This document shows positions 7,355-15,787 of a DNA stretch of 24,923 nt, one piece after another. Within the stretch, counting starts at the first letter, position 1. Every line of letters starts with the position of its first letter. Position numbers and translations under genes: made by a program. The notes under the pieces were generated by a model that did no database searches, had not been told where the DNA came from, and saw only the letters and a program-made list of their open reading frames with translations. The stretch is from Phycisphaerae bacterium (GTDB lineage Bacteria > Planctomycetota > Phycisphaerae > UBA1845), in NCBI GenBank assembly GCA_029260055.1, contig JAJDDX010000258.1:1-24923 (forward strand). The letters are read 5' to 3'.

Positions 7355-9229
7355 ATGAACATACTTTCGGAATGGATGGAAAGGGACCTCACAGCCGCGA
7401 TCAAGGCAGGAGACCTGCCGGCGGCGTTCGAGGTGGACGAGCAAGTACACGAATTGGCGGGGATGCTGGACGCCGGCCGGTTTCCGATTTTGACCGGTGA
7501 GTCCGGTACCGGAAAGACCGCCATCGTGTACGAGCTCATCAGGCGGTCGGCCGCGGGTGACGGATGTGCATGCCTCGCCGGGAGGCGAGTCTTGCAGATC
7601 TCGATCCAGCGGCGGGCAGCCGCGTTGGAGGACGCGTACGAGGTCAGTGCCGAGTTGCAGAAGCTCGCCGACGTGCTGGCAAAGGCCGCGGGGAAGTTCG
7701 CGCTATTCATTCGCGACATCCACTTGGGCTATCAGTACGACCTCGAGGCGCAGCTCAGCGCGCTGGCCTATACCTTCGAGGGACCCGTGATCGGTGAGGG
7801 GCGAACCGCGCCCGTGGAGGCGATGCTCGAACATGACGACAGCCTCCAGCAGCACTACTCGATCGTGAATGTCGAGGAGCCGAGCCTGGAAAGGGCAAGG
7901 CAAATCCTCAACGCCTGGGCACTGACGCGGCAAGACCGCAATGGACAAGCGCTTACGGCAACTGCGATCGAGCAGGCGCTGACGCTGACGCACCGGTTCC
8001 TCGCGCGGAGCCGTTTGCCGCGTAAGGCGATCGACCTGTTGACACAGACAGCCTCCAGGGCCGACCTGGAAGCGACGGTCTCCAGTGCGAACGTGATCGA
8101 GTGCTTCTGCGCGACGCACCGCGTACCGCGTGCGCTGCTCGACCCGACTGTGCCGCTTGACCTTGTCGCGCTGCAGCGGCGCTTCGAGGGGCATGTGCTC
8201 GGGCAGAAGGAGGCGGTGCGCGCCGCGGTCGACGTGATCGGGACCGTCAAGGCGGGCCTGTCGGACGAGAGGCGGCCTTTCGGCGCGTTCCTCTTCGTCG
8301 GGCCGACCGGTGTGGGTAGGACCCACGTCGCTCAGCTTCTGGCGGAGTGCCTGTTCGGTCACAAGGAGCGGTTGGTCCGCCTGAACATGGCGGACATGCA
8401 AGGTGATTACGACGCCTTTACGCTGTTCGGGTACCCGAACGGCGACAACGCCGCGGAAAAGCGCGGCATGTTGACGCTCCGGTTGATGGGGAAGTCCTTT
8501 GCCGTCGTGCTGCTGGACGAGTTCGAGAAGGCTCATCCGACGGTTCACGATCGGTTCCTCCAGTTGATGGACGAGGGAGCCTTCATCAACGGCGCGGGCG
8601 AGACGGTCTCGTGCCGCTCGTTGATCTTGATCGCCACCTCCAACGCGGGGGCTGATGCCCACCGCGGAGAGGCGATGGGTTTCGCGTCGGGTCATCCCGA
8701 GCGCAGGGAAAGCGGGGCACGGACGGCGTTGGGTAAGCAGTTCCGAACGGAGTTGCTCAACCGCTTCGACCGGATCGTGCACTTCATGCCGCTGCGGCGT
8801 CGGGATATCCGAACGATCGCGGTCAGGGAGCTCGAGCGGCTCGTGCAGCGCAGCGGGTTCAAGCACCGCAGGCTCACGCTGGTCGTGGACGGCAAGGTGA
8901 TCGACTGGATCACCCGGCGAGGCTACGACCCCCAGTTCGGGGCCAGGGAGCTGCGGCGCACGATCGAGCGGAACGTCACGACCGCCGTGGCCGACGTGAT
9001 CGTCCGCGAGAACCCCGAGCCAGGTTCGCGCGTGAAGCTGACGGTGCGGGACGGCTGGATCGTCGCGAGTGTGGCACCCGCTGCGAGCACAGGACAGCGG
9101 ACGGCGAGTGTGTCATCGCCCGACGCGGGCGCCGCGCCGATCGACACGCGCCCGGCCGCCCTTAGCGGAAGGAACGGGCGACAGCGCGTCAGTCCGTTCG
9201 GGCAGCGCGACGGCGTTCGGCGCAGCTAA
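7355..9229 (+). CDS. ClpA/ClpB-family double AAA+ ATPase-like protein with degenerate nucleotide-binding motifs; lacks the N-domain and the ClpB middle domain
   Basis: Collinear with ClpB D1 and D2. D1: Walker A GESGTGKT is intact, but Walker B reads ALFIRDIH where ClpB has ILFIDELH. D2: Walker A is GPTGVGRT (Lys to Arg), Walker B VVLLDEFEKAH is intact, sensor-1 reads IATSN, and the Arg-finger/sensor-2 context GARELRR is present. An MGF tripeptide sits where ClpA carries its IGL ClpP-docking loop. The minus ORF 7703..8866 is its shadow. Confidence 0.85.
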   Translation: MNILSEWMERDLTAAIKAGDLPAAFEVDEQVHELAGMLDAGRFPILTGESGTGKTAIVYELIRRSAAGDGCACLAGRRVLQISIQRRAAALEDAYEVSAELQKLADVLAKAAGKFALFIRDIHLGYQYDLEAQLSALAYTFEGPVIGEGRTAPVEAMLEHDDSLQQHYSIVNVEEPSLERARQILNAWALTRQDRNGQALTATAIEQALTLTHRFLARSRLPRKAIDLLTQTASRADLEATVSSANVIECFCATHRVPRALLDPTVPLDLVALQRRFEGHVLGQKEAVRAAVDVIGTVKAGLSDERRPFGAFLFVGPTGVGRTHVAQLLAECLFGHKERLVRLNMADMQGDYDAFTLFGYPNGDNAAEKRGMLTLRLMGKSFAVVLLDEFEKAHPTVHDRFLQLMDEGAFINGAGETVSCRSLILIATSNAGADAHRGEAMGFASGHPERRESGARTALGKQFRTELLNRFDRIVHFMPLRRRDIRTIAVRELERLVQRSGFKHRRLTLVVDGKVIDWITRRGYDPQFGARELRRTIERNVTTAVADVIVRENPEPGSRVKLTVRDGWIVASVAPAASTGQRTASVSSPDAGAAPIDTRPAALSGRNGRQRVSPFGQRDGVRRS

Positions 9230-9386
9230 AAGGACGTGATCGCACGGTGGGACAGCTAAGGTCCCGCCGTCATACGACCACGTGGGATTCGTGTTTATTT
9301 GCGGGGTGTCCGGTCACATCGTGGTCGGGCACCCCGTCTTCTTCCCGGAACATCCGTGTGGCAGATACGCTTCGTCCAATCGGTGG

Positions 9387-9416
9387 GTGGCATGGGCAAA
9401 CTTGTTTGCCCGTGTG
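9387..9416. repeat. Palindromic repeat family B (GTGGCATGGGCAAAC-TTG-TTTGCCCGTGTG)
   Basis: Near-identical copy at 18848-18877, downstream of the carboxypeptidase gene. The core GGGCAAAC/GTTTGCCC is a perfect inverted repeat. Confidence 0.65.
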
Positions 9417-9659
9417 CCCCGGCACACCGAGTTTCCCCCTTGCCAAGCCCACCGACTGCGCTCGGCGGGGCCCCGCGACGGGGCGGGCCCGAACGAAGAA
9501 CCTCCCCAAAGCCCTCCTATGTAAAGAGGGGAGCCACACCCGGAGCTGCCAGTCGTCAGCGATCAGACTTGTAGGTCGGGCTTCGCCCGACGAGGATAAC
9601 GGCGTGCCGAGCACGCCCTACAGAGGCCGCCGTTTCGCTCGGCAGTGCCACACGGGTGC

Positions 9660-9682
9660 CACTGGTAGCTTGCCCACCAGTG
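9660..9682. repeat. Palindromic repeat family A, second copy
   Basis: CACTGGTAG-CTTGC-CCACCAGTG; compare 4631-4653. Confidence 0.55.
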
Positions 9683-9749
9683 CCGCGGTCATTGCCACCA
9701 CGACGGCGCGACCTATCGACCCGAAGTGGAAACGACTAGGATCAACGTT

Positions 9750-10778
9750 ATGGATATGATCACGATCGACGGATCACACGGCGAAGGCGGCGGGCAGATC
9801 ATCCGATCCTCGCTCGCTCTGTCCCTCGTAACCGGCAAGCCGTTTCGCATCGAGAATGTCCGCGCGGGCCGAAGGAAGCCCGGCCTCAGGCGACAGCACG
9901 TCACCGCAGCCAGAGCAGCCGCCACGGTCGGCTGCGCCCAAGTCGACGGCGCCGAACTCGGCTCATCCGCCCTATCGTTTACGCCGACTGCCGTCTCGCC
10001 GGGCGACTATGAGTTCTCCGTAGGCACTGCCGGCAGTACGACGCTGGTCTTGCAGACCGTGCTGCCCGCCCTGCTCACCGCAAGCGGGCCGTCCACCGTC
10101 GCCGTCGAGGGCGGCACGCACAACCCCTTGGCCCCACCGTTCGACTTCATAGAGAAGTGCTACCTGCCGCTGATCAACCGTATGGGCCCCACGGTCACAG
10201 CCGCACTCGTTCGACCGGGCTTCTTCCCCGCCGGTGGTGGCCGCATCGAAGTGGCGATCGAACCGACCGATCGACTCGAAGGCATCGAACTCATCGAGCG
10301 CGGCGAGATCATCGCACGCCGCGCCACCGCCCTGCTCTCGAACCTGCCCCGACACATCGGCGAGCGCGAACTTCGCGAGATCGACCGCAAGCTCCACCTG
10401 CCTGCCAAGTCGCTCAGAATCGACGAGGTCGCCTCACCCGGTCCGGGCAACGTCGTGCTGATCGAAATCGAATCCCCGCACGTCACCGAAGTGGTCACGG
10501 CGTACGGCAAGGTGGGCGTGTCGGCGGAGGACGTGGCACGCAAAGCTGTCCGCGAGGCAAAGGCCTACATCGACACGGATGTACCCGTCGGCGAGCACCT
10601 CGCTGATCAACTGCTCTTACCGCTGGCACTCGCCGGCCGGGGAGCGTTCCAAACAACGGTGCCATCCAGCCACACGAAGACCCACATCGACGTCATCGCC
10701 AAGTTCCTCGATGTGAAGGTCGACACACGGCAGATCAACGACAGGGTGTGGCAAGTCGAAATCGGCCCGCAACCCTGA
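9750..10778 (+). CDS. rtcA: RNA 3'-terminal phosphate cyclase
   Basis: The N-terminus MDMITIDGSHGEGGGQIIRSSLALSLVTGKPFRIENVRAGRRKPGLRRQH matches the conserved RtcA start ([25 protein letters not shown]...IRAGRAKPGL...QH); the catalytic His is in RRQH. The start is taken at the ATG at 9750 (AGGAT 8 nt upstream); the listed ORF opens at an in-frame GTG at 9726. Confidence 0.85.
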   Translation: MDMITIDGSHGEGGGQIIRSSLALSLVTGKPFRIENVRAGRRKPGLRRQHVTAARAAATVGCAQVDGAELGSSALSFTPTAVSPGDYEFSVGTAGSTTLVLQTVLPALLTASGPSTVAVEGGTHNPLAPPFDFIEKCYLPLINRMGPTVTAALVRPGFFPAGGGRIEVAIEPTDRLEGIELIERGEIIARRATALLSNLPRHIGERELREIDRKLHLPAKSLRIDEVASPGPGNVVLIEIESPHVTEVVTAYGKVGVSAEDVARKAVREAKAYIDTDVPVGEHLADQLLLPLALAGRGAFQTTVPSSHTKTHIDVIAKFLDVKVDTRQINDRVWQVEIGPQP

Positions 10779-10823
10779 TATGCTCGCACGTACCGGGCAT
10801 CCCCGGAAAAGTCGGAGGCAGGT

Positions 10824-11423
10824 ATGCGACTGAATCGCGAACTGACCGTCAAACAGCGCCTGCTGATCGTCGGCGTCGCGAGCCTGGCCACAGGCTTGCT
10901 CGTCGCATGGTTCAACGATCTGCCGATTCTGCTTGGGCTCGCCGGCGGCTTCGGCATGTGCCTCGTGCTCGTCGCACCCATGGCACTCCGTGCGTGTTCG
11001 GACAAGGATGAAGGACTGACCCGACGGTACTTCCGCTTGGATGACGAGCCGCCGTACATCGTTGCGAGAAGTAACTGGCGCGGCGAGTTCGGCCTATCGC
11101 GCGAAGTGATCGGATTCTACGCTGACCGCCTCGTCACGACGCGAGTCAAAACGAAGTCCGACATCCCACCGGAGATCTTCGACCCCGACGGCGGCGACGC
11201 TCTCGCGCAAATGCCTTGCTACGGCTCGCCGCGCATATGGTGGTATCGCGACATCGAGAACGTCCGCATTACGGAGACTCTCGGTACGCACCTCAGGTTC
11301 CGTGTCGAGACCGGCTTCGGCCGGTTTCGATTCATGTTGCCCGAGCCCGAGGCGGAGGACCTCGCGGAGGCGTTACAAACGCTCCTGGGTGACCGGGTTT
11401 GTTATGGGGAATCCGCACCCTGA
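10824..11423 (+). CDS. Hypothetical membrane-anchored protein (two N-terminal TM helices plus a ~130-aa soluble domain)
   Basis: GGAGG lies 5 nt upstream of the ATG. GC3 is high. Hydrophobic segments are LLIVGVASLATGLLVAWF and ILLGLAGGFGMCLVLVAPMAL. The family is not recognised. Confidence 0.55.
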   Translation: MRLNRELTVKQRLLIVGVASLATGLLVAWFNDLPILLGLAGGFGMCLVLVAPMALRACSDKDEGLTRRYFRLDDEPPYIVARSNWRGEFGLSREVIGFYADRLVTTRVKTKSDIPPEIFDPDGGDALAQMPCYGSPRIWWYRDIENVRITETLGTHLRFRVETGFGRFRFMLPEPEAEDLAEALQTLLGDRVCYGESAP

Positions 11424-13069
11424 GCGTCGCGCCAGGCGCTTATGGGCCCTAGTCCGTCCCTCCACGATCGTCGAGGCTGTCCCCATTCCTTTTCCAGCAA
11501 GCGGGTGAAGCTCGCGCCGTCCAGGCGATCGAGGCCGGAGCTTTCGACCAACCCCATCGAGAAGCTGAGCCTGTGCCGCCGATCGACTTCCTCGACAAAT
11601 TCGTCGGTATAGAAACCGGGGATCAACGGAGAGAAGACCTCGTCTTTAAGCGGGCCAAGGTAGAGATAGGCGTCGTAGCCGTCACGATAGTCGCTAATCA
11701 CAGGCCAATCCGCAAGGGCGTCAAAAGGCTGCTCGCCAAACGGCCCGATGCCCAGAGGAAACGCCATCGGCTTGTGGCCGAGCGCGGCGAAGGCCGTGTC
11801 AAACAGCCCCAGGCAAAGGCGGCCATCAACCCGACCCATGTTTGTCCCCACGTACATATGGGGGAAGAAGGCGTACACATGGTCGCGACCCAGTTCTTTC
11901 ATCAGGAAATGGCCGGCACTGTGCATGGGGGCCCCTTCGAAATGCTCGAGGTTCAGCATGGTATGGCCGGCGCCGACGATAAAGAGCGCGTGCCGCTCGT
12001 CTTCCGCGTGCCGGCGAAGGTCGCGCTCAATGTTGTCGGCCATCTGGCGGTCACGGGAGGGAACTTCGTACTTCCGCCAATCTTCCCGTTTCCGGATGTC
12101 CCTCCATGGCCTCGGCATGTCGGCCAGGACGATTCTGAGCCGGTTCTTCACGGGCAGGTTCTGGTTGACTCTCCAGACGGTCACGAAGAAGTCGAGCATG
12201 GGTTTGCCGGGGCTACCCATCCACTGCATGTCGCGGAGCATCTCGACGACCGGCTTGGTGTCCAGCTTGTCGGCGGCGAGGAACTCGTCGATCAATGCCT
12301 GGTCGTTGGCCGGCAATTCCATGTATATGACGCCGACCGTCTTGGCGAAGGCAGGGTCCGTCACAAGCGAGGAATTGAAAGACCAATACCTCGGCCGATG
12401 GTGGACCTCGCCCATGATCACAAGCCTGTGCCGAGCGAGCGCAGCCATAACAAACGACTTGGGCTCCTCCCCGCTGGCTTTCAGGAACTCGACGAAGGTC
12501 CTCAGGTGGGCATCGGGGTCCTTGACCTTCGGTCGAACAGGTTTGTCGACCCAAGGGGCGCACAGAGCGGCAAAGGTCGATCGCGCCTCGTCCATCGTGC
12601 CGAGGGTGCGTTGCCCGCAGTTCAGCCAGCGGCCGCTGGCCAACTCGACGCTGCGCAGGTCATACGCTATCTCGCCGGACGGTCGTGCGATCTTCGCGAT
12701 CACCGCACCGTGCGTGCCACGAAAGGTGCGCACCTCAAGGACCACAGCACTCATCCACATCCGCGCGTTCTTGTAGTGGACCTCGCGTGTAGCGGCATCG
12801 GCAGGCGGCAGCCGATCCGCCAGACTTTGCACGCTGATCCGCCGCCATGCCGCCTCCTCACCATGCGCCATGACGCGGTTGATGAGCGCGTAAGCAGCCT
12901 CGGGCGTGGAGAAGTCCTCCGCATCGGGAAAGTCCGTGACTCGCTTGTTGACCTCATAGACCTTGAGCAGGTCGGAATCCCCGCCGGGCTGGCCGGCTCC
13001 CAGGCTGGGTGCCTGCACGCTCAGAGACATGACGACCGTGATGGACATCCAGCACGCCAAGATCCTCAT
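11402..13069 (-). CDS. Secreted hypothetical protein (~555 aa) with two GxxH motifs; possibly TIKI/TraB/ChaN-like
   Basis: The long minus ORF 11402..13201 was trimmed to the internal ATG at 13069. That ATG is preceded by AAGGGG and is followed by a signal-peptide-like MRILACWMSITVVMSLSVQAPSLGAG. The motifs IMGEVHH and IVGAGHT suggest, weakly, the TIKI/ChaN fold. The + ORF 11573..13261 is its shadow. The 3' end overlaps the convergent 10824 gene by 22 nt. Confidence 0.55.
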   Translation of the reverse strand: MRILACWMSITVVMSLSVQAPSLGAGQPGGDSDLLKVYEVNKRVTDFPDAEDFSTPEAAYALINRVMAHGEEAAWRRISVQSLADRLPPADAATREVHYKNARMWMSAVVLEVRTFRGTHGAVIAKIARPSGEIAYDLRSVELASGRWLNCGQRTLGTMDEARSTFAALCAPWVDKPVRPKVKDPDAHLRTFVEFLKASGEEPKSFVMAALARHRLVIMGEVHHRPRYWSFNSSLVTDPAFAKTVGVIYMELPANDQALIDEFLAADKLDTKPVVEMLRDMQWMGSPGKPMLDFFVTVWRVNQNLPVKNRLRIVLADMPRPWRDIRKREDWRKYEVPSRDRQMADNIERDLRRHAEDERHALFIVGAGHTMLNLEHFEGAPMHSAGHFLMKELGRDHVYAFFPHMYVGTNMGRVDGRLCLGLFDTAFAALGHKPMAFPLGIGPFGEQPFDALADWPVISDYRDGYDAYLYLGPLKDEVFSPLIPGFYTDEFVEEVDRRHRLSFSMGLVESSGLDRLDGASFTRLLEKEWGQPRRSWRDGLGPISAWRDAQGADSP

Positions 13070-13534
13070 ATCGACCCCTTTGCTTTGGCGGCTCGTTGCG
13101 AGGATCCACTCCTCGATGGCATGAGCCACATCGTGCGCCTCGAAGTGTTCAACGGAATCGCTCGCGATCGCAAATGGCGAAGTGAGCCACAGTTGCGACA
13201 CAGGCGAAACCGTCCAACGCCAGTTCCTGATTATAGGGCCGCCTGCAGCCGCCTATCCTGACCCTGACTTCATTTGCTGGTTTTTCCGTCCCGCATGAGC
13301 CAACCGGCGAGCGGAGCGCCGCAGGGGAACTGACCGGAGCAATGCCTACCGCCGCGCCCTACACCCGCGAGGCTTCGCCCGGCGTGAAGCCTGATGGACT
13401 TGGTAGTTTGCGCAAACAGGCAACGGCTCGCAACAACTGCCAACTCGCCGTAAACGCCGCCCAACAGGTGCCGAACCGGCAATCCGCAGGCAAGATTTGC
13501 GCGGCTGCAGGCAGCAGCCAGGCCCCGCCCGCTG

Positions 13535-13563
13535 GTGACTTCACAACCCGCCCCGTGTAGAAT
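13535..13563 (+). promoter_or_regulatory. Candidate sigma70 promoter (GTGACT-17-TAGAAT) in the 600-bp divergent intergenic region
   Basis: -35-like GTGACT at 13535-13540, a 17-nt spacer, then -10 TAGAAT at 13558-13563. It would give a ~245-nt structured leader ahead of the 13813 ORF; the hairpin GGCTGGC-GTT-GCCAGCC lies at 13578-13594. Confidence 0.25.
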
Positions 13564-13812
13564 CACAGGGCCGATAAGGCTGGCGTTGCCAGCCCTGAGA
13601 CAGTGGAAATGAGTCGCCCGCTCGTGCGTTGACGGGCCGTCGTCTCGCGTCGTGATCCGGCCGGCGACTGCCGGGTGTCGGCATGCTCGCCAGGCAGGTC
13701 GAACCCGTCGACCGACCGCAATCGGTGGCAGCCCCGGCGTGTTTCCAGGACCGCCGCAAGGTTCGTGCCGATAAAAGACGCGGTGCGGTGAGCGGAAGGG
13801 ACGCGCACGCAG

Positions 13813-14241
13813 GTGCATGAGATCCACGCAATGATCGAGAAGGTCTGCAATCTTTGGATAGAGTCGGCTGACTACCGGTGCGTCCCGACCACGGGCGCCG
13901 TCACCAACGGCGAGGCCATCATGGACTCCGGTATCGCCCTCGAGGCGGCTCAGAAGTACCCGAGCCTTCCCGCCGACCTCGGGCGATTGCTCACGTCACG
14001 AGGCAACCACGTACACGAGGTCCGCCCCGGCGTCGTCTCCTTCCCCGTCAAACAGTATGCCTGGCAGGGCGTGACGACCCCCATCGTCGCGCGGAGCGTA
14101 CAGGAACTCATTACACTGGTCGGCGATGCCAAAACGCTCCTGGTCCGCCCCGAGCTCGGCGAAAGCGATCCGTCCTGGGACGAGGTCGCAGCCGCCCTCG
14201 CCCCGCTGCCGGACAACGTCATCGTCATCCAACACCAGTAG
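13813..14241 (+). CDS. Hypothetical protein (142 aa)
   Basis: High GC3, no internal stops. A glycine-rich segment VPTTGAVTNGEAIMDSGIALEAAQKYP vaguely resembles macro/SLOG-type nucleotide-binding loops, but no family could be assigned. The start may be the ATG at 13831. The stop TAG is immediately followed by the family D repeats. Confidence 0.4.
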   Translation: MHEIHAMIEKVCNLWIESADYRCVPTTGAVTNGEAIMDSGIALEAAQKYPSLPADLGRLLTSRGNHVHEVRPGVVSFPVKQYAWQGVTTPIVARSVQELITLVGDAKTLLVRPELGESDPSWDEVAAALAPLPDNVIVIQHQ

Positions 14242-14350
14242 GGTCCGCTGTGCGGACCACGAGTAGCACCTGTAGGGTCCGCTGTGAGTTTGGGAATTAA
14301 TCTCGCGAGGCGTTCCAGCACCTGTAGGGTCCGCTGTGCGGACCACGTGA
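14238..14350. repeat. Palindromic repeat family D, second cluster (three copies of (GTAGCACCT)GTAGGGTCCGCTGTGCGGACCACG)
   Basis: Copies at 14238-14262, 14263-14288 (truncated) and 14317-14350. They lie between convergent genes, and their core is identical to the copies at 7187-7270. Confidence 0.7.
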
Positions 14351-14455
14351 CCGGCACGTCGCCGTCACGCGTCATAGAAAAGCCGGCCCCGCGATGGAGC
14401 ATCGTGCCCCACGAGGCCGGCCTGTTCTAACGCACCGGCAGTTCCTTCCGAAGGT

Positions 14456-15787
14456 CTAGTTGCCGTCCGAACCTCCCGAGGCCTTGGCCGCCAGGTTGCC
14501 GGCGATGCTCTTGCTCACCTGCCGCATGTCGACGCCGAGAATCGTCTCGATCATCGCCAGTGACTCTGACATAGCCTTGGCTCGACCCATCGCCGCCCCG
14601 GCGATCGCGTCGCCTTTGCCGCCGTCGATGACCGTCACGTCGCCCAGTGCAATATTGTTGACACTCTTAGCGACCTCCTGCACGACGCTCGGCATCAGCT
14701 CGACGAGCATGACCTGCAGCGCCTCGGGGTGCTTCTGGATCGCCTGACCGATACATTCGATCGCGGACGCGCGGGCCTTACCCTCTTCCATGACCGAAGC
14801 CGCGTCACCCTCGGCCTTCGCTTTGAGGATGTCTCGCTCGGCGTTGGCGGCCGCCACCTGCGTGGCCTGAAGCCGCGCCTCCTCCGACTTGGCCGCAGCC
14901 TCCTGCTGCTCCGCCTCCTTCAGCGCCGCCTCACGCGAGAGTTCCGCCACGCGGATACGCAGCGCATTGTCCGCCTCGGCGATCTCCTTCTCCGCGCCGA
15001 GCCGAGCCTGCTCAGCCGTCTGGAACGACATCGCCTCAGCCGTCTTCGCCTCGGCGTCGCGCTGGGCCTTGGCCGTACGAGCATCGGCGTTGGCCTCGGC
15101 CTCCTTGACCGCAGCCTCCGCCGCCTGCTCGGCCTCGCTCTTACGTGCGGCGGATAGCACCTCAGCCGTCGCCTTTCGCGCGATCGACTCGAGATACTGC
15201 TGTTCGTCGTGGACGTTCTGGATGTTGACGCTGTCGATCAGCAAGCCCAGCTTACGGAAGTCGTCCGTCACCTCTTCCATGACGGTCTGCACGAACTTAT
15301 CGCGGTCTTCGACGATCTCCTCGGGCGTCATCTTGCCGATGACCGCGCGCAAACCGCCTTCGAGTGTCTCGCGCGACACGCGCTTCAACTCTTCGGACGG
15401 CTGATCCAGGAATCGTTCGATCGCGTTGGACCGCTCGTTCGGATCAGAAGAGACCTTCACGTTGGCCACACCCGTCACGATAATCGGCACCATCGTGCCG
15501 CCACCCGCCTGCGCCTTGACTTCGAGCGCCACCTGCATGTTCCGCAGACTGATGCGCGCGACCCTCTCGAAAATCGGGATCACGATCGCACGACCACCGA
15601 TCAGCGTACGATAGCCCTGCCCGTCCCGCTGCCGCTTACCGGCGATGATCAGCATCTCGCTCGGATTGCCGACCACAATGAACTTCATGACCAGCACGAG
15701 CAACGCTATCGTGAGAAACAGCAGAACGACGCCGATACCGACTCCGGTCTCCATCGCGCCACCAAGTAGTTGCATATTCGTGTTCAC
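14456..15787 (-). CDS. Flotillin-like SPFH/band-7 protein (YqiK/FloA family)
   Basis: 443 aa. It has an N-terminal TM helix, an SPFH core (GKRQRDGQGYRTLIGGRAIVIPIFERV...) and a long Ala/Glu-rich coiled-coil (AEQAAEAAVKEAEANADARTAKAQRDAEAKTAEA...). GTG start. Confidence 0.9.
   Translation of the reverse strand: MNTNMQLLGGAMETGVGIGVVLLFLTIALLVLVMKFIVVGNPSEMLIIAGKRQRDGQGYRTLIGGRAIVIPIFERVARISLRNMQVALEVKAQAGGGTMVPIIVTGVANVKVSSDPNERSNAIERFLDQPSEELKRVSRETLEGGLRAVIGKMTPEEIVEDRDKFVQTVMEEVTDDFRKLGLLIDSVNIQNVHDEQQYLESIARKATAEVLSAARKSEAEQAAEAAVKEAEANADARTAKAQRDAEAKTAEAMSFQTAEQARLGAEKEIAEADNALRIRVAELSREAALKEAEQQEAAAKSEEARLQATQVAAANAERDILKAKAEGDAASVMEEGKARASAIECIGQAIQKHPEALQVMLVELMPSVVQEVAKSVNNIALGDVTVIDGGKGDAIAGAAMGRAKAMSESLAMIETILGVDMRQVSKSIAGNLAAKASGGSDGN

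Noticed and set aside
9726-9749. Upstream GTG start for rtcA as listed in the ORF track
   Set aside because: The conserved RtcA N-terminus aligns from the ATG at 9750, which also has better spacing to the AGGAT purine tract. The GTG would add 8 non-conserved residues. Not excluded, but less likely.
13070-13201. 44-codon N-terminal extension of the 11402..13201 minus ORF
   Set aside because: The internal ATG at 13069 has an AAGGGG RBS and is immediately followed by a textbook signal peptide. The extension is hydrophilic and would bury the signal peptide.
13570-13640. Possible TPP riboswitch (CUGAGA box) upstream of the 13813 ORF
   Set aside because: Only the CUGAGA hexamer is present. The GGGGUGCCC and ACCUGAUCUGG...CCAGCG elements of the THI box are absent.
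14238-14350. CRISPR array suggested by the closely spaced repeats at 14238-14350 and 7187-7270
   Set aside because: Only 2-3 copies are present. The spacers are irregular and very short (0-30 nt). The repeat units are perfect short palindromes of REP type, and no cas genes are nearby.
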